This document shows positions 18,751-27,165 of a stretch of 64,000 nt of DNA, piece by piece (position 1 is the stretch's first letter; each line of letters begins with the position of its first letter). Location: IMG/VR virus record IMGVR_UViG_3300028654_000384, positions 124,001-188,000 of that record. One strand, written 5' to 3'. The position numbers and the translations under genes are program-made. The notes under the pieces were generated by a model. It searched no databases and was not told where the DNA came from. It saw only the letters and a program-made list of their open reading frames with translations.

Positions 18751-19098
18751 TCACCGCGTGTAAGGGTGTGTAAGGGTGTGTAAGGGTGTGTAAGGGTGTG
18801 TAAGGCCGAGGAAGTCTGCGGGCACTTGAAGCGCCGCGGCGAGCTTGCGTCTAAACACGTTCACATCATCATCGTCGAACAGCATGGGCATGCGTGACCA
18901 CAGCACCTTCACCTGCTCGACACCATCGTCGTCATTGACCACGGCACTGACCACGACACCCAAGGAAGTATGGCGAAAGCTAACGTCACAGACGAGGTCA
19001 CCGGGACGGGGTTGCCACGCCAGCCGCTCGAACTCGTTTACCTGTTGTCGACGATCGACGTGAACTATCAACGTCGTCCACGTGGTTGCCAGCTTCAC
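18751..19098 (-). CDS. KOW/SH3-like PGxL family protein; C-terminus encoded by the 10-mer repeat
   Basis: RPGDLVC..LGVVVS..VKVLWS. Confidence 0.55.
   Translation of the reverse strand: MKLATTWTTLIVHVDRRQQVNEFERLAWQPRPGDLVCDVSFRHTSLGVVVSAVVNDDDGVEQVKVLWSRMPMLFDDDDVNVFRRKLAAALQVPADFLGLTHPYTPLHTLTHPYTR
18758..18805. repeat. perfect tandem repeat (GTGTAAGGGT) x4.8
   Basis: Directly visible; 10-bp period. Confidence 0.95.
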
Positions 19099-19107
19099 TG
19101 CATCACC

Positions 19108-19404
19108 CTATACCACGTCACACACAAGTTCAGCGCACTCCAACTCACCGTCATTGATCCAGAACAGCTTGCCCTGTCTCAGGCAGACGTGCCACCGCTT
19201 AGGGACGCGCCCGCATCCGTCGTCGCCCGCAATGGGCATGAACTGTGGCACGGGCACTTCATGTGGACCCACGTCATCGGTGCTGACGATGACAAAGGTG
19301 TCGCCCGTCGTCATCGACAAGGTGGTGTATTTGTATGAGAAGCCTCGCTCGACCAGGCGAAAGGGCCACCAACCGCGCGCGACGCCGCAGGTGAATGTCC
19401 ACAT
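19108..19404 (-). CDS. KOW/SH3-like family protein (divergent)
   Basis: GDTFVIVS..WHVCLRQGKLFWI; start uncertain. Confidence 0.45.
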   Translation of the reverse strand: MWTFTCGVARGWWPFRLVERGFSYKYTTLSMTTGDTFVIVSTDDVGPHEVPVPQFMPIAGDDGCGRVPKRWHVCLRQGKLFWINDGELECAELVCDVV

Positions 19405-19421
19405 CCACAATTGACAGGGCT

Positions 19422-19625
19422 TTACGACCACAACACCCAGACATAATACGACGGGTATCGTGCGCGGGAAGGTGGGCGCCCAATGACGAGGCCCAAGCGC
19501 CTTGGGATCAACTCCGTGGATCGACACACCAGCGCGCCGGGTGCGATGTCACGAGCCCCTTGAAGCGCGGCGCACTTCGGCTCATGCGCCACAATCAACG
19601 CAAACTGGTTCACCTCTTCGAGCAC
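19422..19625 (-). CDS. KOW/SH3-like PGxL family protein
   Basis: APGALV..LGLVIG..YVWVLW. Confidence 0.55.
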   Translation of the reverse strand: MLEEVNQFALIVAHEPKCAALQGARDIAPGALVCRSTELIPRRLGLVIGRPPSRARYPSYYVWVLWS

Positions 19626-20368
19626 GTCAGCACCTCACAGCCGTCGTCGGTGATCAACACCGTGTGCTCAAACTGTGCACTCCAACCCTTGTCGTAAGTC
19701 CGCACTGTCCAGCCGTCGGCCTCCACGTAGACGTCACGCGCTCCCAAGCACAGGATGGGTTCGATGGTGAAGACATCACCCACCTTCAGCACCGTCTGGT
19801 CGCCGCAGGCCCAGTGATTGACGTGTGGCTTGGTGTGGAACAGGGTGCCGATGCCGTGACCACCGAACTCACGCACCACGGTGCAGCCCCCTGCCCTTGC
19901 CAGTGGTTCAATCGCTTGGCCAATCGCACCCAACCTCACCCCGGGCCCGACAATGCCCACCGCCGTTTCCAACGCCAGCCGGGTCAGTTCCACCAATCGC
20001 CGTGCGTCGGGTGACGGGGTGCCCACGTAGAAGGTGGCGCTGCAATCGCCGAAGTGGCCGTCAAGGATCGTCGTCACGTCGATGTTGATGATGTCGCCGT
20101 CGCATAGGACGAGTGCACCTGGGATGCCGTGACAGACGACGTCATTGACGCTGGTGCAGACGCTGCGCGGGAAGCCGTGGTAGTTGAGCGGTGCCGGGAT
20201 GCCGCCCCGCGCGACGGTGTGATCGTGGACAAAGTCGTTGAGGGCGGCCGTCGTCGAGCCCGGGCGAACGATGGCACCCGCCGCCTGCAGCGTGTCCGCC
20301 GCCGAGGCACATGCCTTACGCATCTTGCTTAGGTCGAAGGACTGCACCTCTCTAACATATTCAATCAC
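19610..20368 (-). CDS. map: methionine aminopeptidase type I
   Basis: GFPRSVCTSVNDVVCHGIP, IDVT..DG..GD, GHGIG, FTIEP, SAQFEHT metal-binding motifs. Confidence 0.96.
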   Translation of the reverse strand: MIEYVREVQSFDLSKMRKACASAADTLQAAGAIVRPGSTTAALNDFVHDHTVARGGIPAPLNYHGFPRSVCTSVNDVVCHGIPGALVLCDGDIINIDVTTILDGHFGDCSATFYVGTPSPDARRLVELTRLALETAVGIVGPGVRLGAIGQAIEPLARAGGCTVVREFGGHGIGTLFHTKPHVNHWACGDQTVLKVGDVFTIEPILCLGARDVYVEADGWTVRTYDKGWSAQFEHTVLITDDGCEVLTCSKR

Positions 20369-20374
20369 CGCGCA

Positions 20375-20674
20375 CTATACATCATCATCCTGTACCTGAG
20401 CAAACCGCGGTGATGAGATGACATTGGTGTATTCGGTCCGAACCCAACCCCATTTCACCTGAGCACCATGGGTGCCGATGATCCAGACCAACACCCAGTC
20501 CAAGTGCCGGTTGATGCCGATTACAAGAGCGCTGGTGCCGCCCGGCGCTCCGCCAATGTGAGCGCGCACGGCGGGCTTGGTATAAAGCAACGCGTAGCCA
20601 TTGAACACGACGACATCACCAGGTAGCGCCCGTCGCCCGTGAAAATGTAGACGGAGGCGCTTGGTGAACGTCAC
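20375..20674 (-). CDS. KOW/SH3-like PGxL family protein
   Basis: LPGDVV..SALVIGI..WVLV..WGWV. Confidence 0.7.
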   Translation of the reverse strand: MTFTKRLRLHFHGRRALPGDVVVFNGYALLYTKPAVRAHIGGAPGGTSALVIGINRHLDWVLVWIIGTHGAQVKWGWVRTEYTNVISSPRFAQVQDDDV

Positions 20675-20904
20675 GTCGGCACCAATATGATGCCGCGTTC
20701 AACGATCCAACCCAGCGTATTGCCCCACAACGCGTAGACAAAACCGTCTCGGTGAGCGATGACGACGCCCATGACGCTTGGCTCAACGTGGCCCACACAG
20801 TCGTTAACGCCCACATCGACCGACGCCCACACGGCCACCTTGAGAGAGGTCCAACGTGCGTCGAGTTGCACGAAGTCGCCGGGTAACCATTCGTGATCTA
20901 TCAT
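20671..20904 (-). CDS. KOW/SH3-like PGxL family protein
   Basis: LPGDFV..GVVIA..VYALWGNTLGWI. Confidence 0.75.
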   Translation of the reverse strand: MIDHEWLPGDFVQLDARWTSLKVAVWASVDVGVNDCVGHVEPSVMGVVIAHRDGFVYALWGNTLGWIVERGIILVPT

Positions 20905-21140
20905 ACGGGCGCCACGACGGTGTTGTCAACCCATGCCATGATGGCCAACTCCGACCAAAAGACACAGACGAGGAACTGGTCACATTGGCCGATGACGAGG
21001 CCCAACGCCCCCGCGGTGGGACGACCTACACGATCGTGATTGGTGACATCGTTGGAGGCCCACAGTGAAAAGATGTTGTTGCGTGGCAATGGCACCACCT
21101 TGACAAGGACACCGGGTAGTAACAGTGACCCGTTGTTCAC
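20901..21140 (-). CDS. KOW/SH3-like PGxL family protein
   Basis: LPGVLV..GLVIG..VCVFW..AWV. Confidence 0.75.
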   Translation of the reverse strand: MNNGSLLLPGVLVKVVPLPRNNIFSLWASNDVTNHDRVGRPTAGALGLVIGQCDQFLVCVFWSELAIMAWVDNTVVAPV

Positions 21141-21403
21141 GGCAAGAACCTCAACTCATCATTGAACAGCCAACCCACCTGGTCATCAACGAGGCACAGC
21201 GAATAGCATGTGCCCTTATTTTTCGGTGACTCTATGGCAATGACCAGCGCTACCATGTGATTTTTAGCCGCGATGCCCCGACCGTTCCACCATGCTTGGC
21301 GTTCATCGAGGTTCTCATAGAGCGCAGCACCCGGTCGCACGCCATATAACTTCCCCGGCCTTGTGGTGAGGCGTGAGTAATGTGACCTAGTCATCTTCAC
21401 CAT
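21137..21403 (-). CDS. KOW/SH3-like PGxL family protein
   Basis: RPGKLY..ALVIA..LCLVDDQVGWL. Confidence 0.75.
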   Translation of the reverse strand: MVKMTRSHYSRLTTRPGKLYGVRPGAALYENLDERQAWWNGRGIAAKNHMVALVIAIESPKNKGTCYSLCLVDDQVGWLFNDELRFLP

Positions 21404-21407
21404 TGCA

Positions 21408-21653
21408 TCACACCTTACGCAGGTAGCCGTCCGACACGTAGCCCAACACCGACGGCATTGACCACAACACGTAGGTGTAGTCCCGCCGACGATTGATGAC
21501 GAGGCCTAGGCCACCCGGCATCACCACGCCTAGGCGACTGCGCACGACGAGGAGCTCGCCGGCGCTAACGGAGCTCCATACCGAAACGGGCTCATCACCG
21601 CGAACCAACACGATGTCACCGGGTGCGGGTGGCCTGTCGATGTAACTCATCAC
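21408..21653 (-). CDS. KOW/SH3-like PGxL family protein
   Basis: APGDIV..GLVIN..TYVLW..LGYV. Confidence 0.75.
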   Translation of the reverse strand: MMSYIDRPPAPGDIVLVRGDEPVSVWSSVSAGELLVVRSRLGVVMPGGLGLVINRRRDYTYVLWSMPSVLGYVSDGYLRKV

Positions 21654-21681
21654 GAAGTGCTTTCGGACTGAGTGTAGCTCA

Positions 21682-21951
21682 TTACTTGACCCTCACCAAG
21701 AACTTGACCAGCGTCCAGCCCTTTTTCATTGATGCACTGTCAAAGACAAACGCCCATGCAACGTCTTTTTCATGTCGCCCGTCGACATCGGTGATGGTTC
21801 GCTCTGCCAACAATAATCCGAACTTGAATGTCCCGGTCGCTGACACCATGCGAGGTACAAACACCGACGGCAATGGTTGATCCCACGTACCATGACCACC
21901 CACGTGTACGCTCCTCACCAGGTCACCCGTACGTAGTAACTTGCGGCCCAT
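21682..21951 (-). CDS. KOW/SH3-like family protein
   Basis: RTGDLV..GLLLA..WAFV..KGW; TGATG coupling. Confidence 0.65.
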   Translation of the reverse strand: MGRKLLRTGDLVRSVHVGGHGTWDQPLPSVFVPRMVSATGTFKFGLLLAERTITDVDGRHEKDVAWAFVFDSASMKKGWTLVKFLVRVK

Positions 21952-22289
21952 CAGTGCCTTCCGACGACGCGAAGGGCCGAGCCCCAGACCCATTTAATCC
22001 GCGGCTTACTGGTGTTCACTAGCACCAAGGTGGGATGCGAGGTGTAATCGGAATAAAGGCTCGGTACGGCGATCACCGCGAGGACGAGGGCATGCTTCTC
22101 GACGAACATTAAGGCACCTTCAATAAGCCCCGTCAAGAGGGCACGCGCTGGCACTTCCGTACCAAACACCGTGACTTGTCGACCCGGGATGGGATTCAGC
22201 CTCACATCGTCCCACAGCGCCACGGGGTGTTTACACGCGACGATGTCACCGGGCCTAATGTCGATCACGTGTTTGATGACATCGATCAC
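21951..22289 (-). CDS. KOW/SH3-like PGxL family protein
   Basis: RPGDIV..ALVLAV..TLVLV..KWVW. Confidence 0.75.
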   Translation of the reverse strand: MIDVIKHVIDIRPGDIVACKHPVALWDDVRLNPIPGRQVTVFGTEVPARALLTGLIEGALMFVEKHALVLAVIAVPSLYSDYTSHPTLVLVNTSKPRIKWVWGSALRVVGRH

Positions 22290-22561
22290 GGCGCGGCCTC
22301 GATGCTCTCGAGCAGCACCCAGCCCAGCTTGCCGTCGTCATACAACACGTAGACGACGGTGTCACCACCCTTCTTGTGCATGGTGATGACCAGCGCCTTG
22401 GCATTGAGGCGACCCTGCAACCCACCGGCGAACAGGTTGCTGTCGTCACCACCGTTGATGTGACTAAAGATGATGCGCGGCATGTAGGGCACGGGCACCA
22501 CCAGGTCGCCGGGCTTGATGCAGGCATCAGGCGACCATTGGTCAGCTTTGGCGTCGATCAT
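22286..22561 (-). CDS. KOW/SH3-like PGxL family protein
   Basis: KPGDLV..ALVIT..VYVLYDDGKLGWV. Confidence 0.75.
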   Translation of the reverse strand: MIDAKADQWSPDACIKPGDLVVPVPYMPRIIFSHINGGDDSNLFAGGLQGRLNAKALVITMHKKGGDTVVYVLYDDGKLGWVLLESIEAAP

Positions 22562-22944
22562 GGCACTTTCTTCAGGTCAGCTGCCCACATATAGCCAACC
22601 TCGCCACCGAGGAGTACGAGCACCAAGCCCAGATTGGCTCCATTCCATGGAGCACCTAACCCGCATCGGGAAATGACGAAGATCAACCTCCCGTCGATTG
22701 GTACGGACCTCACACAATCACCCAAGATGAATGCATCTTCGCCTAGGTCCTGGTTGGTGTCGGGATCACGTAGTCGGACACGTTCAATGCTCGGGCTAAA
22801 GGCTCCAGGTTGGCCGCGCGACCCCATCGTCACCCAATCACCGTGATCAAATTGAGTGCGGAGGGTGTACATCGGTTCTTCACGATTGTAAGGCCCATGA
22901 CGTGGGCCTTTGCTACGGTACATGACGACTTGGGACGGCATCAC
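22558..22944 (-). CDS. KOW/SH3-like family protein (longer member)
   Basis: LIFVIS..VLVLLGGEVGYM. Confidence 0.65.
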   Translation of the reverse strand: MMPSQVVMYRSKGPRHGPYNREEPMYTLRTQFDHGDWVTMGSRGQPGAFSPSIERVRLRDPDTNQDLGEDAFILGDCVRSVPIDGRLIFVISRCGLGAPWNGANLGLVLVLLGGEVGYMWAADLKKVP

Positions 22945-23264
22945 CGCGATCCTAGGCGATCATCCCACCAACCGTCGTTGTACGAGCCACCGTCGGGCCC
23001 GCCGGGCCGCATCGAACCCGGCGTGATGCCATGGCCACAGTCGGTGAAGCGGTGCAGGCGTTCCCACTGGTTGCCGTTGTTGACGAAGACGCCGACGACG
23101 ACGCAGTCCTGCCCGTGGAGCGAGAACTCGGCCTCAACGCGCAGGGTGACGTTGGCACCCGTCGCGCGGGGCGGGTCGGGCGGAGCAGGCGCCGGCGTAC
23201 GTACGAGAAAGCTGGCGAGTACAATTCCAGCTAAGCCCAGGCCACTGATCCACAGCCCGTGCAT
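22941..23264 (-). CDS. membrane-anchored protein with Pro-rich linker
   Basis: TM helix, PAPAPPDPP, Cys pair. Confidence 0.55.
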   Translation of the reverse strand: MHGLWISGLGLAGIVLASFLVRTPAPAPPDPPRATGANVTLRVEAEFSLHGQDCVVVGVFVNNGNQWERLHRFTDCGHGITPGSMRPGGPDGGSYNDGWWDDRLGSR

Positions 23265-23379
23265 GATGGTGTTGTATGCCTTCACTTTGACACCTCTCTC
23301 CGCAACCCCCACCCGCGTACCACGCACGTGAAGATGAGGCTTCCGACCACGGCGGGCGCCAGTGTTGCCAACCACGGGA

Positions 23380-23667
23380 TCACGCGGGCACCATGGGAGG
23401 CGGGGGCGACGTCGGACAGGTGTTCGGGTTCGACGCCTCGCACAGTACATCGCGCTCGGGCAGGGTGTACTCCGTCGTCACCTCATCCCAAGTGTCCTCG
23501 GGCACCAATTCTTGGCCCGTCGGAGTGGTGACGATCGACAGCATGTCACTGTCTATGTCAATGTCGACCGACGATGGTAGCTTACCACGCACGCTCCTGA
23601 AGGGTTCATCGAGCTGATTGATGTCAACCATCGGCGTCTCCTCGGGTGCGGGGTACCAAGTATTCAT
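23380..23667 (-). CDS. acidic hypothetical protein
   Basis: ORF track; start uncertain. Confidence 0.45.
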   Translation of the reverse strand: MNTWYPAPEETPMVDINQLDEPFRSVRGKLPSSVDIDIDSDMLSIVTTPTGQELVPEDTWDEVTTEYTLPERDVLCEASNPNTCPTSPPPPMVPA

Positions 23668-23863
23668 CGAGGCTGACGCCGTCCTTCAATGCCCACACGA
23701 TGCAGTTCGGGCAGGCCTCAATGACCTTGCTGGTGGCGTAGAAGGTGATGGCGCGGGCAGCGTCCTTGAAGACGAAGTCTTTCGTCTCGATGTCACGGCC
23801 ACAATAGGCACGACCGCTATAGCGTTGAATGCAGGCCTGCGGCGTCTTGTGAGGTGTGGTCAT
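23624..23863 (-). CDS. hypothetical protein, possible Zn ligands
   Basis: H..C..YC ... CPNC; ATGA overlap. Confidence 0.6.
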   Translation of the reverse strand: MTTPHKTPQACIQRYSGRAYCGRDIETKDFVFKDAARAITFYATSKVIEACPNCIVWALKDGVSLDEYLVPRTRGDADG

Positions 23864-24150
23864 GTGACAGCCGCCGACCGATTGCGCAGCGCCTCGAGCT
23901 CCCCTAGGTCATATGACCCGGTGTTATCGACGTCGGTGTCGCGGACTGTCACCGCCGCATGCTCGGCAGTTGGGTGCGCCTGCATGAAGAGCCGTGCTGC
24001 CTCGCGGCGTCCATCGCGGACTTGGTTGGTCAGCAGCTTGCTCAGCGATTGTGCCAGCGGCTCGCCGTTGGTGTCCAGCGACATCGGATCGACGCCGGCT
24101 TGAAACAACCAGAGGTGGCTCATGGCCAGGTGACGGCGTTCAGCGCTCAT
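23860..24150 (-). CDS. hypothetical protein, paralog of 25341-25613
   Basis: LAMSHLWLFQAG..SL..LL..R.A shared motif. Confidence 0.7.
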   Translation of the reverse strand: MSAERRHLAMSHLWLFQAGVDPMSLDTNGEPLAQSLSKLLTNQVRDGRREAARLFMQAHPTAEHAAVTVRDTDVDNTGSYDLGELEALRNRSAAVT

Positions 24151-24403
24151 CGGAGACCTCCGGGTCTGCATTGGTGTCGTCATCGACGCCATCGTTGGTG
24201 TGGTGGCGCTGCTCCTTGCGGGGGTATTCGCCGTTCTCGTCGGGCAGTTGAAACTTGATGTAGGTCGGTGCGCTGTCGGCACCCTCTTCGGGGATGTTGG
24301 AGACGCAGATGACCTTGATCGGGCCCATGTTGAAGGAGAAACTCAACGTCTCGGTACCCCGACGCGTCGGCCTGATGACATTGTTGACAACGATCTGTTT
24401 CAT
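24140..24403 (-). CDS. hypothetical protein
   Basis: ATGA overlap with upstream gene. Confidence 0.65.
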   Translation of the reverse strand: MKQIVVNNVIRPTRRGTETLSFSFNMGPIKVICVSNIPEEGADSAPTYIKFQLPDENGEYPRKEQRHHTNDGVDDDTNADPEVSDER

Positions 24404-24936
24404 GTTGCACGTCCTTTCTTGGCGGCCTTTTCGGCCTCAATCACTGCCTTGGGTCGATTTTTGGTGCCCTTCGGGCGCCCTTTTCCTCGTTTGCCGGGTT
24501 GTGGCACAGTTGGCTGCACCTTCACTTCGGTGACGATGAAGGGACTGCCCTTCGCCGGCGCCAACTTGAAGCACGCCAGTCCGTCCTTGAACGAGGCCCA
24601 CCGTGCCCGCGGCGACCTGAAGTCGGAGTCCTCATCGTACAGCGACACCATGCCGGTGTCATCATCGATCGACCTGACGCGGCCGACGATCGTCTCCAAC
24701 CACGGCAGGCCCTTCAACAGGGAGGTGCGGGTGTCGACGACGATGCGATCACCGACGTCGAACAGGACGACTGACGAGCCGTCGCCTAACACGGCGATGC
24801 CGTCCTTCAGGTGCTCGATGGGAGGGCGCTTCGACTGCCAGCGCTGGTGGCGTTCGGCGCGGGATAGACCCACGTCGGCATCGGGTTTTGAATCGTCAGC
24901 ATCGCCGAGCGACCCTGACACAGGGGTCTCATTCAT
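24400..24936 (-). CDS. SH3/KOW-like domain protein with C-terminal AT-hook
   Basis: FDVGDRIV..GRV; KRGKGRPKGTKNRPK; GAAGGAG RBS. Confidence 0.75.
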   Translation of the reverse strand: MNETPVSGSLGDADDSKPDADVGLSRAERHQRWQSKRPPIEHLKDGIAVLGDGSSVVLFDVGDRIVVDTRTSLLKGLPWLETIVGRVRSIDDDTGMVSLYDEDSDFRSPRARWASFKDGLACFKLAPAKGSPFIVTEVKVQPTVPQPGKRGKGRPKGTKNRPKAVIEAEKAAKKGRAT

Positions 24937-24973
24937 TGCAATCTCCTTCGCAGCAGTTCCAACCTATGATCTA

Positions 24974-25003
24974 ACTGTACCACGGACGTGACCGAACTTA
25001 CAC
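24974..25003 (-). promoter_or_regulatory. phage promoter GTGTAA-18-TACAGT
   Basis: Consensus match, followed by TAGATC. Confidence 0.8.
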
Positions 25004-25189
25004 CCAGGAGTTGACGAGCGAACGTTCGAAGTGAGTCAGCATCCACGTAGCATCCAGCACCTTGACCAAGTTGGCAGGGTCTTTCACCCCGTATGCTTGC
25101 CTCTTGACGCCATTGGGGAGCGTGAACTCGACCCGGTTGGTCGTGGGATCAATGACGGTAAAAGTTGTCGTTGCTGCTCTCTTCACCAT
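24998..25189 (-). CDS. hypothetical protein (leaderless)
   Basis: ATG 6 nt after -10. Confidence 0.7.
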   Translation of the reverse strand: MVKRAATTTFTVIDPTTNRVEFTLPNGVKRQAYGVKDPANLVKVLDATWMLTHFERSLVNSWV

Positions 25190-25195
25190 GATCTA

Positions 25196-25225
25196 ACTCT
25201 ACCACGGTTCACCAGGGACTTACAC
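25196..25225 (-). promoter_or_regulatory. phage promoter GTGTAA-18-TAGAGT (leaderless)
   Basis: Consensus match; near-identical to the 31595 copy. Confidence 0.85.
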
Positions 25226-25232
25226 CGTCCAC

Positions 25233-25255
25233 GAATTATACTCGAGGTGTAATTC
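25233..25255. promoter_or_regulatory. 23-bp palindromic operator GAATTATAC-N5-GTGTAATTC
   Basis: 7 bp upstream of the -35; one of five copies. Confidence 0.75.
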
Positions 25256-25340
25256 CTCGGGCCGCCCATGTGGGCGAGGTATGATACCCCGTCCCAGCAC
25301 CCGTGACGACACGGTGGGCGGTCTGTGGGTGGTGGTTCCG

Positions 25341-25613
25341 TCACCAGGTGGGCCTGGCATACTGTCGGGTGGGCATGTCATCCCAGTCGTCCGGGGCACC
25401 CACGGGATGCGTGGTCGAACGTGACAGGACGTCACGGGAGACGCTTGGTGCGTTCCTGACGGCGTCTCTTCGCGCATCGTCGAGGAGGATCGCCAGTGAA
25501 CCCGCGATGGCGGTGACTTCGGCCTCTGACTTGCCGTCATCGAGGCCCGTCTGGTAGATCCACAGGTGGGACAGCGCAAGGGTGCGAACATCGTGACGAT
25601 TGTTCTTCATCAT
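25341..25613 (-). CDS. hypothetical protein, paralog of 23860-24150 (leaderless)
   Basis: LALSHLWIYQTG motif; ATG 6 nt after -10. Confidence 0.7.
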   Translation of the reverse strand: MMKNNRHDVRTLALSHLWIYQTGLDDGKSEAEVTAIAGSLAILLDDARRDAVRNAPSVSRDVLSRSTTHPVGAPDDWDDMPTRQYARPTW

Positions 25614-25619
25614 GAATGT

Positions 25620-25673
25620 ACAGTACCACACTTGACCACGGCGCTTGCACTCTGCGCGGGAGGGTGGTACAAT
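25620..25673. promoter_or_regulatory. overlapping divergent promoters sharing one hexamer (GTGCAA-19-TACTGT on -, TTGCAC-17-TACAAT on +)
   Basis: Both -10 boxes are 6 nt from an ATG (25613 and 25680). Confidence 0.7.
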
Positions 25674-25679
25674 TGAAGC

Positions 25680-25871
25680 ATGAGAACCACGTTGATCACA
25701 TTCGTGGCACTCGTCATCACGTGTGTCATCGTCTCGTATGCCTGTGTCTACTCGCCGCCCAATTCCCTGCCCAACGGACACTCGCGGTGCGAGTACAACG
25801 CTGATTGTAGGCCACCCCAACAGTGTGACAGGGGCCTGTGTACCCTCGAACCCCATGACGTGGGGCGCTGA
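25680..25871 (+). CDS. small Cys-rich secreted/membrane protein
   Basis: Hydrophobic N-terminus; C..N..C....C....C disulfide pattern. Confidence 0.7.
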   Translation: MRTTLITFVALVITCVIVSYACVYSPPNSLPNGHSRCEYNADCRPPQQCDRGLCTLEPHDVGR

Positions 25872-26262
25872 TCACGTGCGCTCACTGAAGTGCGGGGGCG
25901 TTGACGTCTACGTAGACAGCTATTACACCCGTGGCACAGGCAGCACCTTCATCGGTGGTAACTTCTCGCTCGACAGTGCGATTGACTATGCTCGCCGCTC
26001 GCTTGAACTCCTATGGGGACCCAATCGTCACAGCGTCGTGGTGCCGCCCAAGGTGACAGCAGGCGGGCGCATTCCACAGCGCACGTTGATGATGTGGCTG
26101 CACTCCGACGAGCGGCCCATGGAACACCCAGGCGACGATGGATCACACCTGTTCCTCATCTGGTTTGCTGACGATGATCCCATCGATGCACTGCAGGACG
26201 CGGTGCGGCACCTCGATGGCATGGGTGGCTGGTGGCCACACGCGAAGGGTTACGTGCTATGA
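25855..26262 (+). CDS. hypothetical protein
   Basis: ORF track with adjusted ATG. Confidence 0.65.
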   Translation: MTWGADHVRSLKCGGVDVYVDSYYTRGTGSTFIGGNFSLDSAIDYARRSLELLWGPNRHSVVVPPKVTAGGRIPQRTLMMWLHSDERPMEHPGDDGSHLFLIWFADDDPIDALQDAVRHLDGMGGWWPHAKGYVL

Positions 26263-26453
26263 GCACCGGCGATAGGTTGAGACAACTGGCGATGGCGTGG
26301 CGCAAACAAGTGGCTAGCGATGCGTTGAGTCACGTGGGTAGCAATAGCGAGATCCGCCGGGCGAGGGGCGAACGCCTGCTGATGTGCGCAGGCGAACTTG
26401 AGGCGCTGGCGAGAGAAGTCGACAAGGCAGTCACGTCAACCGATTGCTCCTGA
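26259..26453 (+). CDS. hypothetical helical protein
   Basis: ATGA overlap. Confidence 0.55.
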   Translation: MSTGDRLRQLAMAWRKQVASDALSHVGSNSEIRRARGERLLMCAGELEALAREVDKAVTSTDCS

Positions 26454-26706
26454 TGTAGCAGGTGCGGCCTACACACACGATCTGGCAATACGAGTGGTGT
26501 ACCCCCGACATGGTGATGACTGCCAACACTAGCGCTAGTTCACCATTGCACCACACGCTGCGCGCCACGACTCCCGCGCCGTATCCTACAGTATAGAACG
26601 GAAACGGGCGGGTGTAGCCCCAGCCCTTGGCCACGTACAGTTCCCCGGGTTTGCGGATCAAGTCAACGTCAGGGGTATTGAGTTCAGTGGGCATGCACGT
26701 CCTCAA
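26431..26706 (-). CDS. KOW/SH3-like PGxL family protein
   Basis: KPGELY..LALVLAV..QIVCVGRTCYI. Confidence 0.7.
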   Translation of the reverse strand: MRTCMPTELNTPDVDLIRKPGELYVAKGWGYTRPFPFYTVGYGAGVVARSVWCNGELALVLAVITMSGVHHSYCQIVCVGRTCYIRSNRLT

Positions 26707-26956
26707 AGAATTGGTGATAGCCCCAACCCAGCTTGCCTGTCGGTGTCAACACCAACACCTCGAGCGTGCCATTGGAGTTCACCGCGACGGCGACAGCTAA
26801 CACCACTTTGAGTGGCTCTATGCGATCGATGATTGGGTTGGCACTGAGTGCAGAGATGCCTATGCGCGCGCTGACGTTGACATAAGAGTCCTGATCAGGC
26901 AACCTGCTGCGTATGCGAACCAGCATGCCTGGGAGAATGCGGCCATGCGGCGCCAT
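26684..26956 (-). CDS. KOW/SH3-like PGxL family protein
   Basis: LPGMLV..VVLAV..VLVLTPTGKLGW. Confidence 0.75.
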   Translation of the reverse strand: MAPHGRILPGMLVRIRSRLPDQDSYVNVSARIGISALSANPIIDRIEPLKVVLAVAVAVNSNGTLEVLVLTPTGKLGWGYHQFFEDVHAH

Positions 26957-27165
26957 CACCTCACCAACCACTTCAACACCCCGATGTACCATGCTTGGCG
27001 AAAGTCGCAGGTCCAGTACCAGTAGGGGCTGGTGCACCCGCCGCCCAAGTATTCTCGACCGTGACCCATAATTTTGCCGCGCCCGTCCTTGACCCATGAC
27101 TCATTGCTGGTGAGGGTGCGGTCACATGCCGGGCACGTCAATTCTGTGTTGATGAAGTACGTCAT
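26956..27165 (-). CDS. small CPxC zinc-ribbon-like protein
   Basis: TCPACD; ATGA overlap. Confidence 0.55.
   Translation of the reverse strand: MTYFINTELTCPACDRTLTSNESWVKDGRGKIMGHGREYLGGGCTSPYWYWTCDFRQAWYIGVLKWLVR

Noticed and set aside
18758-18805. Telomere-like repeat marking a genome end
   Set aside because: Internal, only five units, and continuous coding context on both sides
24200-24991. 263-aa + strand ORF (likewise 42733-43440, 39136-39843)
   Set aside because: Antisense shadows of better-supported genes with RBS, promoters and motifs
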